The position numbers and the translations under genes are program-made. From Candidatus Latescibacterota bacterium (GTDB lineage Bacteria; Latescibacterota; UBA2968): a stretch of DNA of 64,000 bases. Positions 48,040-57,740 of this stretch are shown here, in pieces (position 1 is the stretch's first letter; each line of letters opens with the position of its first letter). The DNA lies in contig OZ242320.1 of NCBI GenBank assembly GCA_965208125.1, forward strand, positions 2,752,001 through 2,816,000. The letters run 5' to 3'. The notes under the pieces are model-generated. The model was not told where the DNA came from and did no database searches. It saw nothing but the letters and a program-made list of their open reading frames with translations.

Positions 48040-50319
48040 ATGGAGAGAGATCAGGCCCTGAAAAGTTTTTTCAAAATATGTTGTGGCGTGATGCTATCTA
48101 CAATTCTGACGTTGGCTTCGATGAGCGTGAGCACGGTTGGTATTGCGCTGGCAGCGGCGCCCTCGCAAAAGCCACGGCTGGGTAAAGTTAGCTTTGATCA
48201 AGTGATCGATGTGAACAATATCGCGATGTTTGTGACCAATCAGGGATCGTTTGCCTGGAATCTGACGACTGGATATTCGGGTCTTGAATTTCCCAAGGGC
48301 ACGTACGGGCAAACTGCGGTCTTTGCCGCGGGACCGTGGATTGCGGGCAAGGTCAATGGCGAGATTCGCGTGGCGATTGCCGAGTATTCATTTGAGTTTG
48401 CGCCCGGGCCTATTTTGCCCGATGGCACACCCGCTGACCCACAACTCGACCGCTATCGCGTGTATAAGATCAACAAAGGCGATGGTCCGGAAAATCCGGA
48501 TTACGCGCAGTGGCCGGTTGAAGACGGTGCGCCAGTTAATCCCGACGGTACGCCAATGGTGCTGGGTGATCAGACCCTGTGGGCGGTGTATAACGATGCC
48601 GATCCCGGCGTTCACGTCAATATGCAGACCGCGCCTTTGGGCATTGAAATACAGCAGACGACATTTGGGTTTGACCGCACAGATCCACTTGGCAATGTGG
48701 TATTCATCAAATTTTTAATCATCAACAAGGGTGGTAATACCATCGACAGCACGTATGTGTCGCTGTGGTCTGATCCCGATCTGGGGCAGTTAGATAACGA
48801 CCTGGTGGGTTGTGATGTGGAGACCAGCTTTGGGTTTTGTTATAACGGATCGAATACAGACTCGCAGTATGGTTCGTCACCTCCAGCCGTGGGGTATGAC
48901 TTTTTTAAGGGTCCGATTGGCGATGACGGTGTGGAATTGCCGATGACGTCGTTTAACAAATATATCAACGGTACCGATCCATACACCGCAGAACAGGTCT
49001 ATAACTATATGAAGGGCCTTGATCCAGATGGCGGTGTGGCTCTGCACACTGATCCGATTACGGGTCAGGTGAAGGCATTTATGGTCGATGGCGATCCGGT
49101 TGCGGGTACGGGCTGGCTTGACGAAAATCCGGCTGACCGGCGTTTGATGCTCACGGCGGGTCCATTTACCTTCGCACCTGGCGATACGCAGGAAGTGGTG
49201 GTGGGGATTATTATGGGTCAAGGTCAAGATCGTCTCACGTCGATTACGGCTGTGCGGGTTAACGATACGTTTGCACAATCGGCTTTTGATGCCGATTTTG
49301 TTGTATTTCCTCCGCCTCCGCCTCCGTCTCCTCCGACGCCTCCGCCCCCTCCGCCCCCACCTCCTGTTGGTATAAAGGATTGGGATATTCCATCGGGCGG
49401 GCGCTGGTACACCTGGGCAAATACCGATTGGGGGGCCGAAGGCTTCGGTGGTGCAATGACGGGCGATATTGCCCATCAATGGTTTGGCCCGACGAGTGTG
49501 CCACCTTCGCGCTTGGTCAATGTGGAATTGCGATTTACCAGTGTGATTGAAGATGAAGGCGAAGATCAGTACAAACCCATTGACTTGACCAATCCCAATG
49601 TGTCGTGGGGATATCGGTATTTGCGCAGCGCAGGTGCTCCTGCTCCTGCACCGGCAGATCAGACGACTACAAAATCACCTTATGACTGGAGCAATTATAT
49701 CATCAATACATCGGGTCCCGGTGAATATGTGTATCAGGAGCGCAATCCAATCGCGCTTTCGGCCTGGGATGTTGAAAATAACCGCCGTCTCGAAGTGGGT
49801 TGGCTGGAAAACAATCAGCCCGGCGGCCTGGTCAATGGTGCGTATGGTCCGGCCTATTACAACGATGTGAGCAATCTGGCGACCAGTGGACCGCGCGAGT
49901 GGCTGTTCATTTTTGATCGGGATTATACCGAGCCGGATGATGATTCCAATTTGGCGGAGTTGTCACAGGGCTTGATCAACGACAACCCGGCGCCGCCCAT
50001 TATGTATATCATTTTTGCTGCGCGCCGTATCGCGGATCGGTTTCCGCAGGATGGCGATTCGTTTTTGATTCTGGTCAATCGCGTCAACGACACCAATCCC
50101 GGCGATTTTAATGGCGATGGCACGATTAACTTTTCCGATTTTCTTTTGTTCATTGTGGCTTTTGGTACAGGTTCAGGAGATGCAGGTTTCGATGCTCAGA
50201 TGGATCTCAATGGCGATGGCATGATTGACTTTTCCGATTTTCTGATCTTTGTCGGTCATTATGGGAGTGGTACCTCTGGTTCGAAGGCCGCGCTGCCACT
50301 GCCCTTTCCCTATAGGTAA
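48040..50319 (+). CDS. Secreted protein: rearranged paralog of 53455..56577 with poly-Pro linker and C-terminal dockerin-like double EF-hand
   Basis: Signal peptide; two blocks near-identical to 53455..56577; PPPPPPSPPTPPPPPPPPP; GDFNGDGTINFSDF...DLNGDGMIDFSDF. Confidence 0.85.
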   Translation: MERDQALKSFFKICCGVMLSTILTLASMSVSTVGIALAAAPSQKPRLGKVSFDQVIDVNNIAMFVTNQGSFAWNLTTGYSGLEFPKGTYGQTAVFAAGPWIAGKVNGEIRVAIAEYSFEFAPGPILPDGTPADPQLDRYRVYKINKGDGPENPDYAQWPVEDGAPVNPDGTPMVLGDQTLWAVYNDADPGVHVNMQTAPLGIEIQQTTFGFDRTDPLGNVVFIKFLIINKGGNTIDSTYVSLWSDPDLGQLDNDLVGCDVETSFGFCYNGSNTDSQYGSSPPAVGYDFFKGPIGDDGVELPMTSFNKYINGTDPYTAEQVYNYMKGLDPDGGVALHTDPITGQVKAFMVDGDPVAGTGWLDENPADRRLMLTAGPFTFAPGDTQEVVVGIIMGQGQDRLTSITAVRVNDTFAQSAFDADFVVFPPPPPPSPPTPPPPPPPPPVGIKDWDIPSGGRWYTWANTDWGAEGFGGAMTGDIAHQWFGPTSVPPSRLVNVELRFTSVIEDEGEDQYKPIDLTNPNVSWGYRYLRSAGAPAPAPADQTTTKSPYDWSNYIINTSGPGEYVYQERNPIALSAWDVENNRRLEVGWLENNQPGGLVNGAYGPAYYNDVSNLATSGPREWLFIFDRDYTEPDDDSNLAELSQGLINDNPAPPIMYIIFAARRIADRFPQDGDSFLILVNRVNDTNPGDFNGDGTINFSDFLLFIVAFGTGSGDAGFDAQMDLNGDGMIDFSDFLIFVGHYGSGTSGSKAALPLPFPYR
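48103..49299 (+). repeat. Direct repeat block 1, copy A (copy B at about 53473..54666)
   Basis: Colinear, near-identical DNA and protein (ILTLA...FAQSAFDA[DN]F) with scattered, mostly synonymous changes. Confidence 0.95.
49369..50088 (+). repeat. Direct repeat block 2, copy A (copy B at about 55462..56190)
   Basis: G[IM]KDWDIPSG...FPQDGDSFL shared, interrupted by divergent patches. Confidence 0.9.
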
Positions 50320-50550
50320 AAATTGGAACAACAAGTATGGAGGCCATTATGTCATCTGGTTGTGAGTTGTCTTTATGAGAGATTTATGCAAGTGAGGTTC
50401 GGCAAGAACTTTCACAATGGTTTACTGTCGGGGGAGAACAAGGAGGTGATGCAAGCGACATAGTTGTAAACGATTTACGTGAGGGGGGAAGAATGAGAGG
50501 CGCGTGTCTTTAAGTCTGGTTTTCGAAATTATTTCAGAAGGGAGTTAACC

Positions 50551-53439
50551 ATGACAAGATGGATAATCGCACTTGTTGCGATGTCGTTTTTATCCGCATC
50601 GGCGATGGCCGGGGTGACGGGTAAAATTGTGGGTCAGGTTGTTGACAAAGATGACGGTGGTAGTTTGCCCGGTGCCAATGTGGTGGTTCTGGGCTTGCAC
50701 AGTGTCTTTGGTGCGACATCCGATACCGAAGGTAATTTTGTGATTTTGAATGTGCCAGCAGGCACTTTTGACGTAAAATGCAGCTTTATCGGGTATCAAG
50801 ACGTGGTGCTCAAGGGCATCAAGGTGTTACCCGATTTGACTACGGAAGTAGATTTTGTGCTTACAGCACAGGCTCTGGAAGGCGAAACTATTGAAGTGGT
50901 GGCGGAGCGTCCGCTGGTGCAGAAAGACAAGACCAGCTCGATGCGCCTCGTAACCAGCGAAGAACTCGAGTATATGCCGGTTCGCGGGTATGCAGCGGCC
51001 ACGTCCTTGCAGGCGGGTGTGACGAATCGGAACGGCTCTCTTTACATACGCGGTGGGCGGTTTTCAGAAGTTGACTACATTGTCGATGGCGTATCGCAGA
51101 AGAATTTGCAGTATGGCTCATCGACCACGGCCCTGAGCAATGGTGCTATAGATCAGGTATCCGTGATTGTGGGTGGGTTTGAAGCGGAGTATGGGCGCGT
51201 GATGTCGGGCGTTGTCAAGGTGGTGACGCGCGAAGGCGGGCAGAACTATTCGGGGTCTGTGGAACACATCACCGATGAGTGGAATGACCGCAGTTGGGCC
51301 GGTGCGCCCTCTTATGGGTATAACACTACCGAAGCGACACTGGGTGGTCCACTCATTCCCGGGACGAACGGGCCTTCGTTTTTTGTCTCTGGAGACCGCG
51401 TCGATCGCCTCGACCGCAGTCCGCGCTGGGGTGTGGAAGCCCACGAGTGGGAAAAAGACCTTTTGCCAAAGGAAGATTACGATCTGCTCAGCGAGGGCAT
51501 ATTGCCGCATTATACGCTCGACAGCTGGAGCTGGCAGGGCAAACTGGCGTATCGATTGTCCGACGAAATCGATCTGAAAGCAGGGATTATAGGCTCAAAA
51601 TATGATCGCTTGAGCTATAGTCACTCATATCGCTATAATTTGCGGCATGCGCCGCGTGCCAAAAGCAATAACTATTCGGCGTTTGCTCGCGTGACCTACA
51701 CGCTCGGAGCAAAGACCTTCTTCACCTTGCAAACAAGTATGTTCGATCAGAATTTCAAGGCGGGTGACGGGGTTCATTTCGACAATTTGCACGACTATGC
51801 CCGTCCCCAGGGCAATCCGCGTTATGACGCGGAAAGTTTGTTTGCCCGCGGCGATGTGGATTCCACCGAGATTACGCGGACAACGGAAACCATCAATGAT
51901 CGCTCTATAACGTATTTTGAAGGCGATGAAGGGCGCATATATAATAGCTTTACGCAAAGCAGTTCATTTTATCTCACGCCTATCGACTTTGATTTGACCA
52001 GTCAGGTCAGCCGCAATCACCAGTTCAAGCTCGGTTTTGACGTGCAGATGCATCGGTTGCGTTATTATCGTCATCTGGTCCCCAGTTTGATCTTTCGCGG
52101 TCCATTCGTCAGCACAGACGACAGGGGTGGCTTTCAGGATGTAGATCGCTACGGGTATGATTACAACTGGAATAAACAGGGCATTGAGCCTCTGGATTCT
52201 ACCCGCGACGCGCAAAAAGAACCCATTTTGGCCTCGTTTTACGTGCAGGACAAGATGGAATACGACGGTTTGATCATCAATGCGGGCGTGCGATACGATT
52301 ATTTGAATGCGAGTACCGATGTGCTGGCGAATGAAGGCGTGCCACTGGGTGGCGATTCGACATTGGATCCATCGGATCTGGCTGGCAACAGCGTGTATCA
52401 CAAGATCAGCCCGCGTCTGGGCGTTGGATTTCCCGTTACAGATAAGACCGTGTTTCACATGAACTACGGTATTTTTTATCAGCAACCCAAGCTGGAAGAC
52501 CTGTATGTTGGTCTGGATTATCTGGAATACAAAGCGCCACTGGGGGGATATTATTACGCTTTTGGCAATCCGAATCTCAGACCGGAAAAAACCACGGCTT
52601 ATGAAGTGGGTGTGGTGCAGCAGGTGGGTGACCATGCCAGTGTCGATGTGACGGCGTATTACAAAGCCGTGGAAAACCTCGTCCAGGTGACGACAATTCC
52701 GTCTGATCCCGTGGCTTTTGCCTCGTTCCGCAACAACGACTACGGAACCATTAAGGGGCTGGACTTTGGTTTGCTAATGCGTCGCATAGGGCGCACAACA
52801 GCACGCATCTCTTATTCACTGGCTTATGCGACGGGCACGGGATCATCGCCACAAACCCAGCGGCGGATCGCCTGGAGCTTCCAACCCGGCGTGACCGAGC
52901 CGCCCAAATCGACCTCACCGCTCGACTTTGATCAACGCCACAAAATTTCGGCATCGATCGACTATCGCTTTGTAGATAAAGACGGCCCGAGGTTCCTGGG
53001 CGGTCAGCCGCTGTCCAATGCCGGGATCAATGTGTTGTTCACAGCCGGGAGTGGATTCCCCTATACCCCCACGTTTACGTTTAATGAAGTGACTACAGGG
53101 GCTTCGGCGTCACGTCCTTCGGGACCGGTGAATTCCAGCTATGGTCCCTGGACATTCAGGACTGATGTGAAGGCGAATAAGCGTTTCAAAATTATAGGAC
53201 TTCAGGGTGACATATACGTATGGGTGCTCAATTTGCTCAACCGCGCCAACGCAACCAGTCCCGTGTATTCGAGCACGGGTAGCCCAATGACTTCGGGCTG
53301 GTTGAATACAGCTGAAGGCCGCAAATTTGTGGAGCGCTTTGGTCAACTGGGCGAAGACAAATACAAGCTCAAAGAGAACAGCCCATTCAACTTTGGCACG
53401 CCGCGGCAGGTTCGCTTCGGACTCGCGCTCAGCTTCTAA
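50551..53439 (+). CDS. TonB-dependent receptor with N-terminal carboxypeptidase-regulatory-like domain
   Basis: Signal peptide, GKIVGQVVD..LPGANVVV, plug IRGGR..YIVDG, GGFEAEYG, GNPNLRPEKT, C-terminal PRQVRFGLALSF. Confidence 0.95.
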   Translation: MTRWIIALVAMSFLSASAMAGVTGKIVGQVVDKDDGGSLPGANVVVLGLHSVFGATSDTEGNFVILNVPAGTFDVKCSFIGYQDVVLKGIKVLPDLTTEVDFVLTAQALEGETIEVVAERPLVQKDKTSSMRLVTSEELEYMPVRGYAAATSLQAGVTNRNGSLYIRGGRFSEVDYIVDGVSQKNLQYGSSTTALSNGAIDQVSVIVGGFEAEYGRVMSGVVKVVTREGGQNYSGSVEHITDEWNDRSWAGAPSYGYNTTEATLGGPLIPGTNGPSFFVSGDRVDRLDRSPRWGVEAHEWEKDLLPKEDYDLLSEGILPHYTLDSWSWQGKLAYRLSDEIDLKAGIIGSKYDRLSYSHSYRYNLRHAPRAKSNNYSAFARVTYTLGAKTFFTLQTSMFDQNFKAGDGVHFDNLHDYARPQGNPRYDAESLFARGDVDSTEITRTTETINDRSITYFEGDEGRIYNSFTQSSSFYLTPIDFDLTSQVSRNHQFKLGFDVQMHRLRYYRHLVPSLIFRGPFVSTDDRGGFQDVDRYGYDYNWNKQGIEPLDSTRDAQKEPILASFYVQDKMEYDGLIINAGVRYDYLNASTDVLANEGVPLGGDSTLDPSDLAGNSVYHKISPRLGVGFPVTDKTVFHMNYGIFYQQPKLEDLYVGLDYLEYKAPLGGYYYAFGNPNLRPEKTTAYEVGVVQQVGDHASVDVTAYYKAVENLVQVTTIPSDPVAFASFRNNDYGTIKGLDFGLLMRRIGRTTARISYSLAYATGTGSSPQTQRRIAWSFQPGVTEPPKSTSPLDFDQRHKISASIDYRFVDKDGPRFLGGQPLSNAGINVLFTAGSGFPYTPTFTFNEVTTGASASRPSGPVNSSYGPWTFRTDVKANKRFKIIGLQGDIYVWVLNLLNRANATSPVYSSTGSPMTSGWLNTAEGRKFVERFGQLGEDKYKLKENSPFNFGTPRQVRFGLALSF

Positions 53440-53454
53440 ATGGGAGGTTAGAAC

Positions 53455-56400
53455 ATGAAAAGCTTTTTGAATATTCTGACGCTGGCTTTGATGAGCGTGA
53501 GCATGGCTGGCATTGCGCTGGCTGTATCGCCCTCGCAAAAGCCGCGATTGGGTAAAATTAGCAATGATCAAGTGATTGATGTGAACAATATCTCAATGTT
53601 TGTGACCAACCAGGGATCATTTGCCTGGGATCTGGCGACCGGGGCTTCGGGTCTTGAATATCCCAAGGGCACGGGCAAAACCGCGGTATTTGCCTCCGGT
53701 CCGTGGATTGCGGGGAAGGTCAATGGAGAGATTCGGGTGGCGATTGCCGAGTATTCATTTGAGTATGCGCCCGGGCCGATTTTGCCCGATGGCACACCCG
53801 CCGATCCGCAACTCGACCGCTATCGGGTGTATAAGATCAGCAGAGGTGATGGCCCGGAAAACCCGGATTATGCGCAGTGGCCGGTTGAAGACGGCGCGCC
53901 GGTCAATCCCGACGGTACGCCGATGGTGCTGGGCGATCAGACCCTGTGGGCGGTGTATAACGATGCCGATCCCGGCGTCCACGCCAATATGCAGACCGCA
54001 CCTTTGGGCGTTGAAATACAGCAGACGACATTTGCGTTCGACCGCACAGGTCCTCTTGGCAATGTGGTGTTCATCAAATTTTTGATCATCAACAAGGGTG
54101 GCAATACCATCGATAGCACGTATGTGTCGCTGTGGTCTGATCCCGATCTGGGTCAGTTCGATAACGACCTGGTGGGCTGCGATGTTGAGACCAGCTTTGG
54201 GTTTTGTTATAACGGGTCAAATGTAGATGCGCAGTACGGTTCGTCACCTCCAGTCGTGGGATATGACTTTTTCAAGGGTCCGATTGGCGATGACGGTGTG
54301 GAATTGCCGATGACGTCGTTTAACAAATATATCAACGGCACGGATCCTCAAACCGCAGAAGAGACCTTTAATTATATGAAGGGCCTTGATCCGGATGGCG
54401 GCGTTGCCGATCACACCGATCCAATTACAGGTCAGGTGAAGGCATTTATGGTCGATGGAGATCCGGTTACGGGCGCGGGCTGGCTTGACGAAAATCCGGC
54501 TGATCGCCGCTTTATGCTCACGGCGGGTCCGTTTACCTTTGCGCCCGGCGATACGCAGGAAGTGGTGGGCGCCATTATTATAGGTCAAGGTCAAGATCGT
54601 CTCACGTCGATTACAGCCGCGCGTTTTAACGATACATTTGCACAATCGGCTTTTGATGCCAATTTTGAATTGCCATCGCCTCCGCCTGCACCCAAAGTAT
54701 CCGTGGGGATAACAGGGGATCACGGAGGCAATGGTAGAATTCAGTTGACCTGGGGTAGTGACTCAGAAGTTGCCTCGGGCGATTATGCATTCGAAGGTTA
54801 TAACGTGTACCAGGGCGAGTCGGTTGCTGGTCCCTGGAGGCGTCTTGTGACTTATGACGTGGTCAATGGCTCGGCCATTATTTTTGACAGTCAGTTCGAT
54901 GAAGGTGCCGGTGTGGTGATCAACTCGCCCGTGCAATTTGGCGGCGACTCGGGTATTCGGCGCTTTATTGAACTCACCGAGGATAAGGTTTTGGGTGGTC
55001 GTCTGGTGACGGGTAAAACCTATTATTTTGCAGTGACGGCCTATTCGTTGAATGAGAGCAGGTCGCCAAAAACGCTCGAGACATCCATCACACCTCTGGC
55101 CGATGGGCGCATGACGTTTAAGCCCCTTTCGGATGAGATGATTCCGGCCAATGGCATTGTGCCGCGCGGACCCACTGCGGGTACGCGCTTCAATACCGTG
55201 GGTGTGGATAGTGTTGTTGAACACACATCGGGTGTAAGCGATGGTATTGTGGCTGTGGAGGTGGTTGACGATACACGGGTCACGGGCGCGTCTTACGAAG
55301 TGCGCTTCCGCGATACCGAGGCCGGAACGGTTTGGGATCTGATCAATCTGTCGAGTGGTCAGGCCGTGCTTTCAGATATGCAGCAGCACGCAAATATAGA
55401 TGATGCGATTACCAATCCAATTGTCGAGGGTTTGCTCGTGCGCGTTACCGGTCCTCCCCTTGGCATGAAAGATTGGGATATTCCATCGGGTGAGCGGTGG
55501 ATGACGTGGTTTCATACCAGTCCCTATTTGGCTGGTTTTTCTACTGAAGGCTTCGGAGGTGCGATAACGGGCGATGTTGCCCATAGTTGGTTTGGTCCCA
55601 CGAGCGTGTCACCTTCGCAGTTGGTCAATGTGGAATTGCGATTTACCAGTGTGATTGAGGATGATGGCGAAGATCAGTACAAACCCCTCGACCTGACCAA
55701 TCCCAATGTGTCGTGGGGATATCGGTATTTGCGCGCCGCGGGCAGACCTGCACCTGCTCCCGAAGAACTAACCCTGTCCCATGTGCCTTATGACTGGAGT
55801 GATTACATCGTCAATACAGAAGGTCCCGGTGTTTATGTGTATCAAGACCGGAGGCCCATTGCACTGTCTGCATGGGATGTTGAAAATAATCGGCGCCTTG
55901 AAGTGGGCTGGCTGGAAAACAATCTGGCCGGTGGCCTGGTCAATGGAGCCTGGGGACCGCCACTTGGTGACGATGTGCCCCATACGTTTGTCGCCCGTGA
56001 GTGGCTGTTCATTTTTGATCGGGATTATACCGAGCGGAACGATGATTCCAATTTGGCGGAGTTGTCTCAGGGCTTGATCAACGATGCGCCGGCACCGCCC
56101 ATTATGTATATCCTTTTTGTTAATCGCCGCACGGCAGATCGTTTCCCGCAGGATGGCGATTCATTTTTGATGATCGCCAATAAAATCAATACCCCCAACG
56201 ATGTGTTTTTATTTAACACGCAGGGGACTCTCCGCGGTGATCAGGAGTTGGCGGTGGAGGATTTGACAAAAATTCTGGCGGTGCCCAATCCGTATCTGGG
56301 GCGTTCGTCTTATGAATTTAACTCTCTTGCACGCCAGATGCGTTTTACCAATCTTCCCGCGCAGTGTACGATCCGAATTTTCAGTCTGTCGGGCGATCTG

Positions 56401-56577
56401 GTGCGAACGATTGAGCACAATAACGGTCTGTCGTTTGATACCTGGGATCTAAAAACAGATCAGGGCGTGCTGGTTGCCAGCGGCATTTATATCGCGCATT
56501 TTGACGCGCCAAATATCGGTACGCATTTTATCAAGTGCGCGGTGTTCATGGAAGCTGAGACGCTGAACACATTTTAA
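53455..56577 (+). CDS. Large secreted protein with FN3-like domain and C-terminal T9SS type-A-like sorting domain
   Basis: Signal peptide; IQLTW..FEGYNVY..YYFAVTAY (FN3-like); VPNPY..FTNLP..IRIFSLSGDLVRTI..WDL..VASGIYI. Confidence 0.85.
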   Translation: MKSFLNILTLALMSVSMAGIALAVSPSQKPRLGKISNDQVIDVNNISMFVTNQGSFAWDLATGASGLEYPKGTGKTAVFASGPWIAGKVNGEIRVAIAEYSFEYAPGPILPDGTPADPQLDRYRVYKISRGDGPENPDYAQWPVEDGAPVNPDGTPMVLGDQTLWAVYNDADPGVHANMQTAPLGVEIQQTTFAFDRTGPLGNVVFIKFLIINKGGNTIDSTYVSLWSDPDLGQFDNDLVGCDVETSFGFCYNGSNVDAQYGSSPPVVGYDFFKGPIGDDGVELPMTSFNKYINGTDPQTAEETFNYMKGLDPDGGVADHTDPITGQVKAFMVDGDPVTGAGWLDENPADRRFMLTAGPFTFAPGDTQEVVGAIIIGQGQDRLTSITAARFNDTFAQSAFDANFELPSPPPAPKVSVGITGDHGGNGRIQLTWGSDSEVASGDYAFEGYNVYQGESVAGPWRRLVTYDVVNGSAIIFDSQFDEGAGVVINSPVQFGGDSGIRRFIELTEDKVLGGRLVTGKTYYFAVTAYSLNESRSPKTLETSITPLADGRMTFKPLSDEMIPANGIVPRGPTAGTRFNTVGVDSVVEHTSGVSDGIVAVEVVDDTRVTGASYEVRFRDTEAGTVWDLINLSSGQAVLSDMQQHANIDDAITNPIVEGLLVRVTGPPLGMKDWDIPSGERWMTWFHTSPYLAGFSTEGFGGAITGDVAHSWFGPTSVSPSQLVNVELRFTSVIEDDGEDQYKPLDLTNPNVSWGYRYLRAAGRPAPAPEELTLSHVPYDWSDYIVNTEGPGVYVYQDRRPIALSAWDVENNRRLEVGWLENNLAGGLVNGAWGPPLGDDVPHTFVAREWLFIFDRDYTERNDDSNLAELSQGLINDAPAPPIMYILFVNRRTADRFPQDGDSFLMIANKINTPNDVFLFNTQGTLRGDQELAVEDLTKILAVPNPYLGRSSYEFNSLARQMRFTNLPAQCTIRIFSLSGDLVRTIEHNNGLSFDTWDLKTDQGVLVASGIYIAHFDAPNIGTHFIKCAVFMEAETLNTF

Positions 56578-56603
56578 CGAACCGCTGAATGGAGGAATAA
56601 CTT

Positions 56604-57659
56604 ATGTTCAGGCAGATGATTTTTCTGTTTGCCGCGCTGGCATTGATCGTTCAGGATGCCCGTGCAGGCGATGAGAGCCGTATCGGCACAGCCGCAGCAC
56701 AAGAGTTGCGCATTCCAATTGGTTCGCGCGGTACAGCACTTGGAGGCGCCATACTGGCTCATGTAAAAGGTGCGGAGGCATTGCAGTGGAATCCTTCGGG
56801 ATTGGTATTTGGAACGCACAAACGCGAAGTCTTGTTTTCATATCTGGATTATATTGCAGATATGAATGTGAACTATTTTGCGATTACCACGCGTCTGCGC
56901 GATGATATTTCGGTGGGGATCAGTGCCCGTGCGTTAGCAGTGGGCGATATTATTGTGACGACCGAGGAATCGCCCGAAGGTACGGGTGAGATACTCTCTC
57001 CGAGGTTTTCGTGTGTGACATTTACGTATTCGCAATTGTTGACAGATCGCGTGTCGTTTGGCACTACGATTAAATATATCCACGAGGCGATTAAGCGAGA
57101 GGTTGCCAATGGCCTGGCGTTTGATTTTGGTTTCCAGTACAAAACCGCACTCAAAGGTTTAACGCTGGGTATTGCTATGCGCAACTATGGTCCAGACATG
57201 CGGTTTGATGGTCCGGATCTGGATCGGGTGGTGAGATTGCAAGACGCGATTCCAGAGGCTGATCCCCAAGCCGGGTCGCGCACTTTCCGCACGTCACTGG
57301 CATCTGCGGAGTTGCCCACGTCCATAGAAATCGGTTTTTCCTATGCTTTCTATGAAGACGCGCTGGGCAAAGCTGCTTTTTCTGCGACCTTCCGCAATAA
57401 CAATCTGGCGACTGACGAGTATCAGGCTGGCGTTGAGTATTCGATGAAGCAAATTCTTCAGTTGCGCGGAGGGTATGTGACGTCTCCAACCGGTGATGCC
57501 CTGCCCAACGGGTTTAAGAAGGAATATATTCTCGGTCCGACGTTTGGGTTTGGTCTCAATGTGCCTATGGGCAATATGGCTTTTCAAGTGGATTATGCCT
57601 ATGGCAGAACTGAGTACTTTCAGGATAATCACTGGGTGACTGTGGGGCTTGGGTTTTAG
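56604..57659 (+). CDS. PorV/PorQ family outer-membrane beta-barrel protein
   Basis: Signal peptide, AAQELRIPIGSRGTALGGA, WNPSGL, AFDFGFQY, LRGGY, DYAY, C-terminal Phe. Confidence 0.85.
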   Translation: MFRQMIFLFAALALIVQDARAGDESRIGTAAAQELRIPIGSRGTALGGAILAHVKGAEALQWNPSGLVFGTHKREVLFSYLDYIADMNVNYFAITTRLRDDISVGISARALAVGDIIVTTEESPEGTGEILSPRFSCVTFTYSQLLTDRVSFGTTIKYIHEAIKREVANGLAFDFGFQYKTALKGLTLGIAMRNYGPDMRFDGPDLDRVVRLQDAIPEADPQAGSRTFRTSLASAELPTSIEIGFSYAFYEDALGKAAFSATFRNNNLATDEYQAGVEYSMKQILQLRGGYVTSPTGDALPNGFKKEYILGPTFGFGLNVPMGNMAFQVDYAYGRTEYFQDNHWVTVGLGF

Positions 57660-57729
57660 AAGTGTGAAGTATGAAGTGTGAAGTATGAAGGGTGGCCTTC
57701 TCTTCTAACTTCTCACTTCTTTCTTCTCA
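57659..57729. repeat. Heptamer tandem repeats with an inverted partner array
   Basis: (GAAGTGT GAAGTAT)x2 GAAG, then ggtggc, then CTTCT/CTTCTAA/CTTCTCA units. Confidence 0.75.
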
Positions 57730-57740
57730 TAGGTGTATTT

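Noticed and set aside
50320-50550. Cobalamin or TPP riboswitch before the TonB-dependent receptor
   Set aside because: The conserved B12-box and TPP core sequences were not found.
48103-56190. Diversity-generating retroelement (TR/VR pair) as the source of the duplication
   Set aside because: The repeats are kb-scale, both copies are coding, differences are not adenine-specific, and no reverse transcriptase is in the window.
57659-57729. CRISPR array
   Set aside because: The units are 7-bp tandem repeats without unique spacers, and there are no cas genes; no CRISPR-like array was seen anywhere in the window.
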